The position numbers and the translations under genes are program-made. The notes beneath the pieces were generated by a model. The model was not told where the DNA came from, searched no databases, and worked only from the letters and a program-made list of their open reading frames with translations. DNA of 64,000 nucleotides from Macrostomum lignano (taxonomy: Eukaryota), in NCBI GenBank assembly GCA_002269645.1, contig NIVC01003883.1:7961-71960 (forward strand), in the 5' to 3' direction. Shown here in pieces: positions 29,401 through 40,438 of this stretch (its first letter is position 1; each line of letters starts with the position of its first letter).

Positions 29401-31652
29401 TGCTCATGACTGAAACTGATGCCTCATGACTCAGACAGATGCTTCATGACTGAAACTGATGCCTCATGACTCAGACAGATGCTTTCATGACTAAAACTGA
29501 TGCCTCATGACTGAAACTGATGCCTCATGACTGAAACTGATGCCTCATGGCTCAGACAGATGCTTCATGACTGAAACTGATGTCTCATGACTCAGACAGA
29601 TGCTTCATGACTGAAACTGATGCCTCATGACTCAGACAGATGCCTCATGACTGAAACTGATGTTTCATGGCTGAAACTGATGCCTCATGACTCAGACAGA
29701 TGCTTTCATGACTAAAACTGATGCCTCATGACTGAAACTGATGTTTCATGACTGAAACTGATACCTCATGACTCAGACAGATGCTTTCATGACTGAAACT
29801 GATGTCTCATGACTCAGACAGATGCTTTCATGACTAAAACTGATGCCTCATGACTGAAACTGATGCCTCATGGCTCAGACAGATGCTTCATGACTGAAAC
29901 TGATGTCTCATGACTCAGACAGATGCTTCATGACTGAAACTGATGCCTCATGACTCAGACAGATGCTCATGACTGAAACTGATGTCATGACTGAAACTGA
30001 TGTTTCATGGCTGAAACTGATGCCTCATGACTCAGACAGATGCTTCATGACTGAAACTGATGCCTCATGACTGAAACTGATGCCTCATGACTGAAACTGA
30101 TGCCTCATGACTCAGACAGATGCTTTCATGACTGAAACTGATGCCTCATGACTGAAACTGATGCCTCATGACTGAAACTGATGCCTCATGGCTCAGACAG
30201 ATGCTTCATGACTGAAACTGATGCCTCATGACTCAGACAGATGCTTCATGACTGAAACTGATGCCTCATGACTCAGACAGATGCTTCATGACTGAAACTG
30301 ATGCCTCATGACTGAAACTGATGCCTCATGACTGAAACTGATGCCTCATGACTCAGACAGATGCTTCATGACTGAAACTGATGCCTCATGACTCAGACAG
30401 ATGCTCATGACTGAAACTGATGTCATGACTGAAACTGATGTTTCATGACTGAAACTGATGCCTCATGACTCAGACAGATGCTTCATGACTGAAACTGATG
30501 CCTCATGACTCAGACAGATGCTTCATGACTGAAACTGATGCCTCATGACTGAAACTGATGCCTCATGACTGAAACTGATGCCTCATGACTCAGACAGATG
30601 CTTCATGACTGAAACTGATGCCTCATGACTCAGACAGATGCTTCATGACTAAAAATGATGCCTCATGACTGAAACTGATGTTTCATGACTGAAACTGATG
30701 CCTCATGACTCAGACAGATGCTTCATGACTGAAACTGATGCCTCATGACTCAGACAGATGCTTTCATGACTAAAACTGATGCCTCATGACTGAAACTGAT
30801 GTTTCATGACTGAAACTGATACCTCATGACTCAGACAGATGCTTTCATGACTGAAACTGATGTCTCATGACTCAGACAGATGCTTTCATGACTAAAACTG
30901 ATGCCTCATGACTGAAACTGATGCCTCATGGCTCAGACAGATGCTTCATGACTGAAACTGATGTCTCATGACTCAGACAGATGCTTCATGACTGAAACTG
31001 ATGCCTCATGACTCAGACAGATGCCTCATGACTGAAACTGATGTTTCATGACTGAAACTGATGTTTCATGACTGAAACTGATGTTTCATGACTGAAACTG
31101 ATGTTTCATGGCTGAAACTGATGCCTCATGACTCAGACAGATGCTTCATGACTGAAACTGATGCCTCATGACTCAGACAGATGCTTCATGACTGAAACCG
31201 ATGCCTCATGACTGAAACTGATGCCTCATGACTGAAACTGATGCCTCATGACTCAGACAGATGCTTTCATGACTGAAACTGATGCCTCATGACTCAGACA
31301 GATGCTTCATGACTAAAAATGATGCCCATGACTGAAACTGATGTTTCATGACTGAAACTGATGCCTCATGACTCAGACAGATGCTTGATGACTGAAACTG
31401 ATGCCTCATGACTCAGACAGATGCTTTCATGACTAAAACTGATGCCTCATGACTCAGACAGATGCTTCATGACTGAAACTGATGTTTTATGACTGAAACT
31501 GATGTTTCATGACTGAAACTGATGTTTCATGACTGAAACTGATGTTTCATGACTGAAACTGATGTTTCATGACTGAAACTGATGCCTCATGACTCAGACA
31601 GATGCTTTCATGACTAAAACTGATGCCTCATGACTCAGACTGATGCCTCATG
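5420..31652. repeat. 26-kb satellite of about 1300 20-bp monomers: A=CATGACTGAAACTGATGCCT, B=CATGACTCAGACAGATGCTT, plus minor variants
   Basis: Continuous tandem array with sharp boundaries. No ORF of 60 aa or more in any frame. No unique spacers. Confidence 0.99.
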
Positions 31653-32476
31653 CAACACTACTAAAAAAAATTTGACTCGGTCATCTTGGAAAGCCAAACA
31701 TTCCACCTGGCTTGTGAAAGTGCTTCGATAAAACCCTAGTCGACACTTAGGAAAGTCTACACATGGTCAAACAGCTGCATGAGTCATGCCATGCACTGCA
31801 TGCTACTTGGTAATTATAGGATGTTAAAAACTAATTTAATGCATTTACGAGTGTAGAGCATAAAATACCGTGATCGAAGAAATTCTGAAAACTTATCAAA
31901 AAGGCATTGGTCAATTGCGTTCAATTTATTGAATTTTGAGAACTTTGACTGCTTTACCGCTTGAACTTCGCTCGCACTTCGGCTTACAAAGCACTGCCAG
32001 TGCGTGAGAATCCTGCGAGTCAGTGAATCCAAATGGAACTGAAAATGAAACTCCGTTGGTTATCTCACACATTACGCATTTGTATTCGCAGTTACTTTTT
32101 TGCTGAGTAAGTTCGCGGTCTTCAGTCCAACGGTGAATAGCAGCCTAGCCTAAGATAGCATCCAGTTTGGCGCTCTGCAATTGGCGTGATCGGCAAACAG
32201 CGACAAAGATAGGGATTTTTTATTTAAGTATTTGCTAACCGGCCGCGCTGGGGAATAGGAAACAGACAACAGGGAACATAGAACAGGGACATGGAACATC
32301 TAAAGTAAATTATCATAAAGATTATGCTCAGTTTACGGCGGGCGGTGGTACCCACAGTGTGGAAAGTTATTCTATGACGTGAAGTCAAAGATAGACTGAT
32401 TTACATGCATTCGTGCTCTAAATTATTCGATAGCATTCACATCGCGAAAAATCTTTTCCATTGCCATGTGAATGCA

Positions 32477-34649
32477 CGTGGCCATAGACACAAGCGGTGC
32501 AGGTCAGTAAAGAGAGAGGTGAGTCACGGTAAGCGTGGCCATAGACACAAGCGGTGCAGGTCAGTAAAGAGAGAGGTGAGTTACGGTAAGCGTCGCCATA
32601 GACACAAGTGGTGCAGGTCAGTAAAGAGAGAGGTGAGTTACGGTAAGCTTGGCCATAGACACAAGCGGTGCAGGTCAGTAAAGAGAGAGGTGAGTCACGG
32701 TAAGCGTGGCCATAGACACAAGCGGTGCAGGTCAGTAAAGAGAGAGGTGAGTTACGGTAAGCGTCGCCATAGACACAAGTGGTGCAGGTCAGTAAAGAGA
32801 GAGGTGAGTTACGGTAAGCTTGGCCATAGACACAAGCGGTGCAGGTCAGTAAAGAGAGAGGTGAGTCACGGTAAGCGTGGCTATAGACACAAGTGGTGCA
32901 GGTCAGTAAAGAGAGAGGTGAGTCACGGTAAGCTTGGCCATAGACACAAGCGGTGCAGGTCAGTAAAGAGAGAGGTGAGTCACGGTAAGCGTGGCCATAG
33001 ACACAAGCGGTGCAGGTCAGTAAAGAGAGATGAGTCACGGTAAGCGTGGCCATAGACACAAGCGGTGCAGGTCAGTAAAGAGAGATGAGTCACGGTAAGC
33101 GTGGCCATAGACACAAGAGGTGCAGGTCGGTAAAGAGAGAGGTGAGTCACGGTAAGCGTGGCCATAGACACAAGAGGTGCAGGTCGGTAAAGAGAGAGGT
33201 GAGTCACGGTAAGCGTGGCCATAGACACAAGCGGTGCAGGTCGGTAAAGAGAGAGGTGAGTCACGGTAAGCGTGGCCATAGACACAAGAGGTGCAGGTCG
33301 GTAAAGAGAGAGGTGAGTCACGGTAAGCGTGGCCATAGACACAATCGGTGCAGGTCGGTAAAGAGAGAGGTGAGTCACGGTAAGCGTGGCCATAGACACA
33401 AGAGGTGCAGGTCGGTAAAGAGAGAGGTGAGTCACGGTAAGCGTGGCTATAGACACAAGTGGTGCAGGTGAGTAAAGAGAGAGGTGAGTCACGGTAAGCG
33501 TGGCCATAGACACAAGCGGTGCAGGTCAGTAAAGAGAGAGGTGAGTCACTGTAAGCGTGGCCATAGACACAAGAGGTGCAGGTCGGTAAAGAGAGAGGTG
33601 AGTCACGGTAAGCGTGGCCATAGACACAAGAGGTGCAGGTCGGTAAAGAGAGAGGTGAGTTACGGTAAGCTTGGCCATAGACACAAGCGGTGCAGGTCAG
33701 TAAAGAGAGAGGTGAGTCACGGTAAGCGTGGCTATAGACACAAGTGGTGCAGGTCAGTAAAGAGAGAGGTGAGTTACGGTAAGCTTGGCCATAGACACAA
33801 GCGGTGCAGGTCAGTAAAGAGAGAGGTGAGTCACGGTAAGCGTGGCCATAGACACAAGCGGTGCAGGTCAGTAAAGAGAGATGAGTCACGGTAAGCGTGG
33901 CCATAGACACAAGCGGTGCAGGTCAGTAAAGAGAGATGAGTCACGGTAAGCGTGGCCATAGACACAAGAGGTGCAGGTCGGTAAAGAGAGAGGTGAGTCA
34001 CGGTAAGCGTGGCCATAGACACAAGCGGTGCAGGTCAGTAAAGAGAGAGGTGAGTCACTGTAAGCGTGGCCATAGACACAAGAGGTGCAGGTCGGTAAAG
34101 AGAGAGGTGAGTCACGGTAAGCGTGGCCATAGACACAAGAGGTGCAGGTCGGTAAAGAGAGAGGTGAGTCACGGTAAGCGTGGCCATAGACACAAGAGGT
34201 GCAGGTCGGTAAAGAGAGAGGTGAGTAACGGTAAGCGTGGCCATAGACACAAGAGGTGCAGGTCGGTAAAGAGAGAGGTGAGTCACGGTAAGCGTGGCCA
34301 TAGACACAAGAGGTGCAGGTCGGTAAAGAGAGAGGTGAGTCACGGTAAGCGTGGCTATAGACACAAGTGGTGCATGTGAGTAAAGAGAGAGGTGAGTCAC
34401 GGTAAGCGTGGCCATAGACACAAGAGGTGCAGGTGAGTAAAGAGAGAGGTGAGTCACGGTAAGCGTGGCTATAGACACAAGTGGTGCAGGTGAGTAAAGA
34501 GAGAGGTGAGTCACGGTAAGCGTGGCCATAGACACAAGCGGTGCAGGTCAGTAAAGAGAGAGGTGAGTCACTGTAAGCGTGGCCATAGACACAAGAGGTG
34601 AAGGTCGGTAAAGAGAGAGGTGAGTCACGGTAAGCGTGGCCATAGACAC
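32477..34649. repeat. 57-bp minisatellite, about 38 copies, unit GTGGCCATAGACACAAGCGGTGCAGGTCAGTAAAGAGAGAGGTGAGTCACGGTAAGC
   Basis: Direct reading. The 19-aa periodic ORFs on both strands come from the 57-nt period. A few 55-nt units shift the frame. Confidence 0.98.
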
Positions 34650-35098
34650 TGAATGGAAAACTACTTACCTTAACTGCTTAGCTATTAGAAATCGATGATG
34701 AGAGGCAGTGCAGAGCAGTGATTAAACACTGATTCCGGAAATGCTGTTAGCAATGTGGACACGGCAAACCCCAGACGTCAATGTTATAGCAAAGCTTATT
34801 TATGCCTGAGCTAAGTTGTGGAAAGTACAGAAACATCAAGACAAAATCTAATTATTGCACACGTTTGTATGCGATGCAACTGGAAACAGTTTATATTCGG
34901 AATAATTTACCAAAGATTCGCCCCGCAGTGACCAAATTTTAATTCCAATAGTTAAAAAACTCATACGACTTCCAAAATCGAAGAAAAGCATACATGGTCC
35001 AACACAGCAGCTCTGAATTATCGCGATCTCACAAATCTCTGGAATCTCTGGCGGCTCATAAAGGGGGAGGCAAACGTTCAGTTTCTATGAAATCATTA

Positions 35099-35580
35099 TT
35101 AACAAGAGTCGCCCAGCGGCTCGACCAGCCGGATGACCACCAGGCCGTGCTGGCCGGCGTTGCCGCCAGTGGTGCCGCTGCAGCCGCTGCCAGAGCAGAA
35201 GGAGCCGCCGCCACCTCCTGGAGGGCTCCCCGAGAAGCTGGTGGCGCCTCCGCTGAAGCCGCCGCCGGCCCCGGCAGCGCCCCAGTTGGGGATCGAAGTG
35301 CCGCCTCCTCCGCCGCCGCCGAACCCGCCGTCGCCGGTGTTGGAGCTGCCGGCGTCGCCGCCCAGCCAGCCTTCGGCCCGACTGCCGCCTCCGTCACCGT
35401 CGTCCGGTCCCCGCCTGGTGCACACCGGCTTCCCCAGCCAGCCGGCGCCGCAGCCAGCGAGGTTCTGGTTGCCGGTCATGGCGCTGGAGTTGTGGAAGCC
35501 CGGCTGTCCGTTGCTGCCGCCGTGGCTGTTTCCGCTCTGATTCGCGACGGAGCCGTTGACGCCGGCCTCTCCGGGCAGGC
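35099..35580 (-). CDS. Exon 5: second half of ALK/LTK-type glycine-rich domain and stop
   Basis: Acceptor ATTTCAACAG|GC (phase 1). Reads GGFGGGGGGG...GAGGGFSGG...GGGGGSFC...GNAGQHGLVVIRL, then stop. No transmembrane segment. Confidence 0.85.
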
Positions 35581-35747
35581 CTGTTGAAATTTTGGATTCG
35601 GCTTTTACCAGCTGCGTAGCAGTCAATTCTGAGATAAGCTCAAGCTGAGTGTACTCAAAGTGGAGTCCGTTTGAAGTTGGTGTGTTGTCAGAAATCTGAA
35701 GCTGGTGCTGTGTTCCCTATAGACCTATGTAATTTTACTGCACTCAC

Positions 35748-36068
35748 CGTCCCTATGGTAGGTCCCGGCACCTCCACCTCCGGCTGCAGCCAGCAGCAGC
35801 TCGTCTGCCGTCCGGTACACGAAGCTGCCGCCGCCTCCGCCGCCACCTGCGTACAAGCTGCTGGGCGGACCGCCGGCCTGTCCGACCACGACACTCAGCT
35901 GGGTGCCGGCCGTCAGGTTGAAGGCGCCGGACACGAAGGCGCCGCTGCCGCCAGCCTTGCCTGAAAAGGAGTTGGTGCCGCCTCTGGCACCCGACACTTC
36001 GATCCGGTAGCAGCCGGTCGAGGGGATCGTCACGGACTGGATGGAGCCGGCTGTGCCCGTGCCGCTGT
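35748..36068 (-). CDS. Exon 4: first half of ALK/LTK-type glycine-rich domain
   Basis: Acceptor CTCTCTCACTGCAG|AC. IQSVTIPSTGCYRIEVSGARGG...GGSGAFVSGAFNLTAGTQLSVVVGQAG...GGGGGSFVY...LLAAAGGGGAG matches the ALK/LTK Gly-rich signature. Donor GACG|GTGAGT. Confidence 0.85.
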
Positions 36069-36125
36069 CTGCAGTGAGAGAGGACTCTATTCGCACTCAA
36101 GGTACGACACAGAATGGAAATACAC

Positions 36126-36198
36126 CTGACCCACAGCAAGACACACCAATCCAACTGCCGGTGGGCAGCCAACAGAACAGCCGCTGCAATTTCGATCT
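36126..36198 (-). CDS. Putative small linker exon 3 (RSKLQRLFCWLPTGSWIGVSCCGS)
   Basis: Needed to convert phase 0 to phase 1. Acceptor CACACAG| at 36198 or TTGCAG| at 36183, donor TCAG|GTGTAT. Boundaries uncertain. Confidence 0.4.
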
Positions 36199-36353
36199 CT
36201 GTGTGCAGTTTGTTCTGTGAAGGCACTCTGGGGATCGGAACCCTGCATTTCCTTCCTACCCATTCAGCTGCGTAGTAACTACGGCCAACTCAGCTTAACT
36301 TGCAGCTCTGGCAGTAAATGTGCTGACCCACTAGGCCAGCGAACTACAGTTAC

Positions 36354-36718
36354 CTTAGCAAACATGGGCTTCTCCTCACTTCTCAGCTCAATGGTGACAT
36401 TCAGCATCCTCTTCCTCATCAGCTCCGTGAAGTTCTCGGCCGTCCACAGCCTGGCGCCGGGCTCGGAGCCCACGAGTCTCTGCACGTGAGTCCCGTCCGG
36501 TCCCGGCGCCTGAGACGCGTCGTTCAGCAGCAGCAGCTGGCAGGCGCGCGAGCTGGGGATGAGCGAAGCCAGCAGGCAGCCCTTCCGCTGGCATGCTGCC
36601 AGACACTCCAGCCGGGTCTGGACGCCGGTCAGGTTGACGAGTTCGCTGCTGGAGGCGTTGCCGATCAGGACGGATCCCTTTGCTTTAATGAAGCGGCCGT
36701 TTTGGTGGAGCTGGGCGC
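36354..36718 (-). CDS. Secreted PAN + glycine-rich protein, exon 2 (PAN/apple-like domain)
   Basis: Acceptor TTCAACCAACAG|GC (phase 1, matches exon 1). Open frame GAQLHQNGRFIKAKGSVL...TRLECLAACQRKGCLLASLIPSSRACQLL...EEKPMFAK with four PAN-like Cys. Donor AAG|GTAACT (phase 0). Confidence 0.75.
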
Positions 36719-36896
36719 CTGTTGGTTGAAGGAGATTCGGCTTTTTGCAACCTGTGGCTCCTCCACCACAGCGCGGTTTTTACGAGCTAACGGTGGTCTA
36801 CCTCGAAAATGTTCAATTCTTAAAGTTTTACGGGTTTGGAAATCGACTTGACGCATTCACAGGGACTGCTTGTGCTTTGTGCAAGAGAAGTCTCAC

Positions 36897-36948
36897 CTAT
36901 CACAGTAGCCGTGCAGCCGAAGAGCAGCGCTAGGAAGGCAGATCGCAT
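36897..36948 (-). CDS. Secreted PAN + glycine-rich protein, exon 1 (signal peptide MRSAFLALLFGCTATVI)
   Basis: ATG at 36948, hydrophobic N-terminus, donor ATAG|GTGAGA (phase 1). Not in the ORF track. Confidence 0.75.
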
Positions 36949-38352
36949 TTCAAAATGCCTAGAATTTCTACTTTACAGTTCTTTTTTGTTTTAGACTTAA
37001 GCTCCTTTGTAAGTTTTCTTGAACTCAGCCTGCTCAGAGATTTAAGCTTTCAGGCTGTGAGAAGGTGCTTGGATTGATGGTGTTTTGTTGCCCTGAAGAC
37101 CGATGAATGGCTGAGGATGGCTGGGCCATTTTCATTGGCTAAGTTGGGGCCAATTCTTTTGATCAGGTAGCAGCGATGCGCAAATTTGCTTCTGTGTGTT
37201 GATTTTTCCGCAGCTCCGCAATGCCTCCGCTTGAGTGGCACAAAAAGCGTTCTGCAACCTAAGCTGAGTTGTCAATCTCTGAGAAGCAGAATCTCTATCT
37301 TCTAATTTGGGGTCGATCCTGAATAGTGACCTGGCCTTTATCATTCACAGGTGTTTACCGCACCCCTTTTAAACCAAGCAAGTTCGAGCTTAAGTTAGGA
37401 ATCTCTGCCGCAAATCAAGGCGACAGTTGACGGCCCCATCAGCGAGGAAGCCGATTCCGCTGAGCCCTGAGCACCACACGCGCACATTCCCATGAAGGTT
37501 GGCCCTCGTGCGGGAGAATCGCACAAGCCTGAAGGCAAACTTCTGTGCTATGAAAGCTATACTTCAGTAGCCTATGAGACTTCGGGTCTTGAAGTGGATT
37601 CTGCTGTCTTCCACGATTCTGAAACAAACATTGATTTGGCATCATCTTGCACACCTATCGTAAGGTTCTGGGAAGCGATTTTGCAACACATTAGTCCTCA
37701 AGTTGGCACGAGTGTAAGACTGAATTTTTTCTCTTTCCGTAAATTCAGTCTGCACAAAGGATTACTGATGGACGAGGATTTATCAGCGCCATTACCATGG
37801 AGACTGCTCTAAGCACTCTGATAAGTTGACTTTATTCTGGACTTGAGAGTCACCCTCGGTCGGTTAGAGATTCGACATGCAGTTGGAGAGGCATCTTGCA
37901 GACGCCTAAACCTCCTTGCTTGACGAGAAGACGGGCGCCTACAAGAGTAGCTTCAGAGCTTTTCCTGGTCAGCATCCAGACACGTGTGCTGAAACAGCTT
38001 CTGTCCAGTTGGCTTCTCCTGAGTTTTGGTTAAAAGCTTCCCTGGATTCATTTTGCCCACTTCAGACTTGCCTAATGGAAGCACTGAGCTTTTAAATGCG
38101 CTGAGCAAGCCGCTGGGCCTTACTAAGTTCCTAGAAAAAAAATAATTGTAATATCTTGCTTTCTGGACTTCTAATGTACATGTATGTTTACATTAGGCTT
38201 TTTTATGTTGATTCGAAGGCTGCCTACTAGTTAATTTTTTTAAATGTAAGAGGCGAGACATAAGCAATTTTTTTTAATCTGACTTCTGGGAAACTGCTAG
38301 AATTAGGGACAGTGGGTGTTAAACTTAATAATTGTTGTTAAAGGGGCGCCAA

Positions 38353-38556
38353 GGGGGCCGTAGCCCAGCGGTAGCGCAGCTGCTCTGGTGTGCCAGCGAC
38401 CCAGGCTCGATTCCAAGTGCAGTCATTAATTTGGGGCTGAATTAGAATTTCGGCTTGGCTCTGCTCGTGCAATTAACGGCCTTGAGAGCCAACCCCCCAA
38501 GGCGCAGTGAAGTGTACATGCCTAACGATAAAATAAAGTTAGGGCCGCTGTACACT

Positions 38557-38607
<51 letters not shown>

Positions 38608-38700
38608 CTGCGTACGTATCCGCGCGCTTGTATGCCTGCTCAGGGGAGTCGGCGGAATGGGCAGTAATGCCTCTCGCTGGTTGTGTGCCATGTCGCTTAA
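38353..38700 (+). mobile_element. tRNA-derived SINE-like insertion with internal (TG)n
   Basis: 5' head with A-box-like TAGCCCAGCGG and B-box-like GGCTCGATTCC. Flanked by direct repeat AAAGGGGCGCCAA at 38340-38352 and 38701-38713 (candidate 13-bp target-site duplication, TSD). Confidence 0.6.
38559..38606. repeat. (TG)24 microsatellite
   Basis: Direct reading. Confidence 0.99.
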
Positions 38701-40185
38701 AAAGGGGCGCCAAATCAGTGGGCAGTAAAGTTTTGAGAGCCTATGTAGAACAATACATAACCCTTAAATTGCATCCGATGAGCTTATATGACGTAAAAAT
38801 TCGCCTCCGAAGAGCTTTCATTTGAAAGTTATGTCTTCCTTTCGCATACTAGCTGCATGGTGTCAAGAAATTCTGGCCTTAGTATAGGCCATAGTGCTCA
38901 ATGTTGACGCACTCTTAGGACCACTCAGAATACTCGTATTTTACTATAAGATGCAATAATAGTCGAAGTCGAAGACGATAGTTAATAGACAACGATTTTA
39001 TGTTATATTTGCAGATATTTTCTGAACTTCTGAACTAAATTCAAACAAAACGCAGCCAAACTTTATGGATTCAAAAGTTTAAGAGTTTGTTACGGAATTT
39101 TCACTTTGGGGCTTTTCATACGAGCGTATTACCAATTCCAGAATCAGAATCGGTTCGGATCTTCCAAGAAAAACAGCAGTATAACTATTTAATTCTGTTG
39201 AATGTTTGACTGCCTTAACAACCTCACTTTGCACAATTTTTCACTTTCTTCTTGGCGATTGTCATTCAATAATAAAAACTTTATAGCACGTATCTCCCTC
39301 TAGTTATGGAGACAAAAAGTTATACTTTACAAATTGGTTCTGGTTCTGGAACCAGAACAAGCAATATGAAAAGGCCCTTTCTAAAAACTTAATAAACATA
39401 TTAATTTCCTATAAAAATGTTCTATTGTGGTAGGCAAAGCCTCCCACTTGGCGTAAACTTACCCCCCCCCACTGTGTGTAATCTTTTCCACTTTGCGTAC
39501 ATGTAAATACTGTACGTCATGTTTTCCCTGCTTGAAAATCACTTTTACTACCCAATGTAACCATGGGCACCACCTTCATATTATTTTCGTTTTAACTTAA
39601 TTCAGTAGGGTACACCCGTTGTTTAATCGTCACCACCCGGCCGGGTGCAACCCCTCGATCTTTCCACTGCATGCGTGTGTAACCCTCTCCTCACCCGGGG
39701 GTAACTCCTTTCCCACCCGGTGGACTTTGCGCTCGCCCCGTCCTGGGCCAAGACTTGTGTTGAATTCAGCCGGCCTCCTCTTGGTTACTCGTGTTGAATT
39801 TATACCCTATTCGGGTTTCTGGAATAATACAACAGCTCAGAAATAAAAATACACAATACCAACAACTCAGCTAGCCCTTTTCTTTAAATTTCAATACCTC
39901 AGGCCCCTAATTGTAAGCCCGACTAACCCGAACCCGACCAGCTCCCTTCCCGACTACAAGCAATCATTTATTTTTGTTTGAATTAATTCTGTTTTTTAAT
40001 TAAACCTCATCCGTTCAACACCTTCAGACGCGCAAACCTCGCAAGCGCGCTGCTGGTAAGCTGGATTCCTTAAGGCTCCGCGACCTCGGGATTGCATATT
40101 CTGATCCTTAGCGATCTGAACCAAGAAGAGTTCTCAGGCTAATTCTAGCTATTTTTTAAGTCTCCGGCAGCGATCTGCTAAAAGT

Positions 40186-40360
40186 TATGGGTATTTTGTT
40201 GTACTTTTTATTTGCAACTCAGTTTGTCATAAATTACCATAGACTAATTTCCTTTTACAGTTCTTTCTCGCAGTTTAGTTTCTCGCCCCAAGCCCTCTCG
40301 TCTTTAACTCATAAAATATATATGCAATTCAAATCTAAGTTAAGTTGTAGTTTCACTACA
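40186..40360 (+). repeat. 5' LTR (175 bp)
   Basis: Matches 44742..44916 with no difference seen by eye. Ends ACTACA. Confidence 0.95.
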
Positions 40361-40363
40361 AAT

Positions 40364-40379
40364 TGGTCCGGTGAGGCGG
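40364..40379 (+). promoter_or_regulatory. Primer-binding site TGGTCCGGTGAGGCGG
   Basis: Starts with TGG 3 nt after the 5' LTR. Resembles the complement of a tRNA-Tyr 3' end (tRNA identity is inference). Confidence 0.6.
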
Positions 40380-40438
40380 CGAAAGATATTACTCTTTACT
40401 CACATAACTCATACTCAATACTCACGAAGACAAATCCA

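Noticed and set aside
5420-31652. CRISPR-like array or coding repeat
   Set aside because: No unique spacers, eukaryotic context, and TGA-rich monomers close all frames.
32405-34535. Long His/Arg/Cys-rich ORFs on both strands
   Set aside because: By-product of a 57-nt unit lacking stops. Frames are broken by 55-nt units and the ORFs are confined to the repeat.
34994-35587. Plus-strand Ala/Pro-rich ORFs
   Set aside because: Antisense to the Gly-rich exon. No independent motifs.
37430-38050. Possible degenerate non-LTR retrotransposon on the minus strand (LVKQGGLGV motif)
   Set aside because: Only one short motif with many stops. Needs a tblastn/HMM search before it can be called.
38353-38428. 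Functional tRNA gene
   Set aside because: Acceptor and T stems pair poorly. Better explained as a SINE head.
39337-39358. Perfect 10-bp hairpin GTTCTGGTTC-TG-GAACCAGAAC as a Helitron 3' end
   Set aside because: No CTRR terminus at the expected distance and no matching 5' TC end identified.
40187-40438. N-terminal 84 aa of the annotated gag ORF
   Set aside because: Lies in the 5' LTR, primer-binding site and leader. Gag more plausibly starts at ATG 40439.
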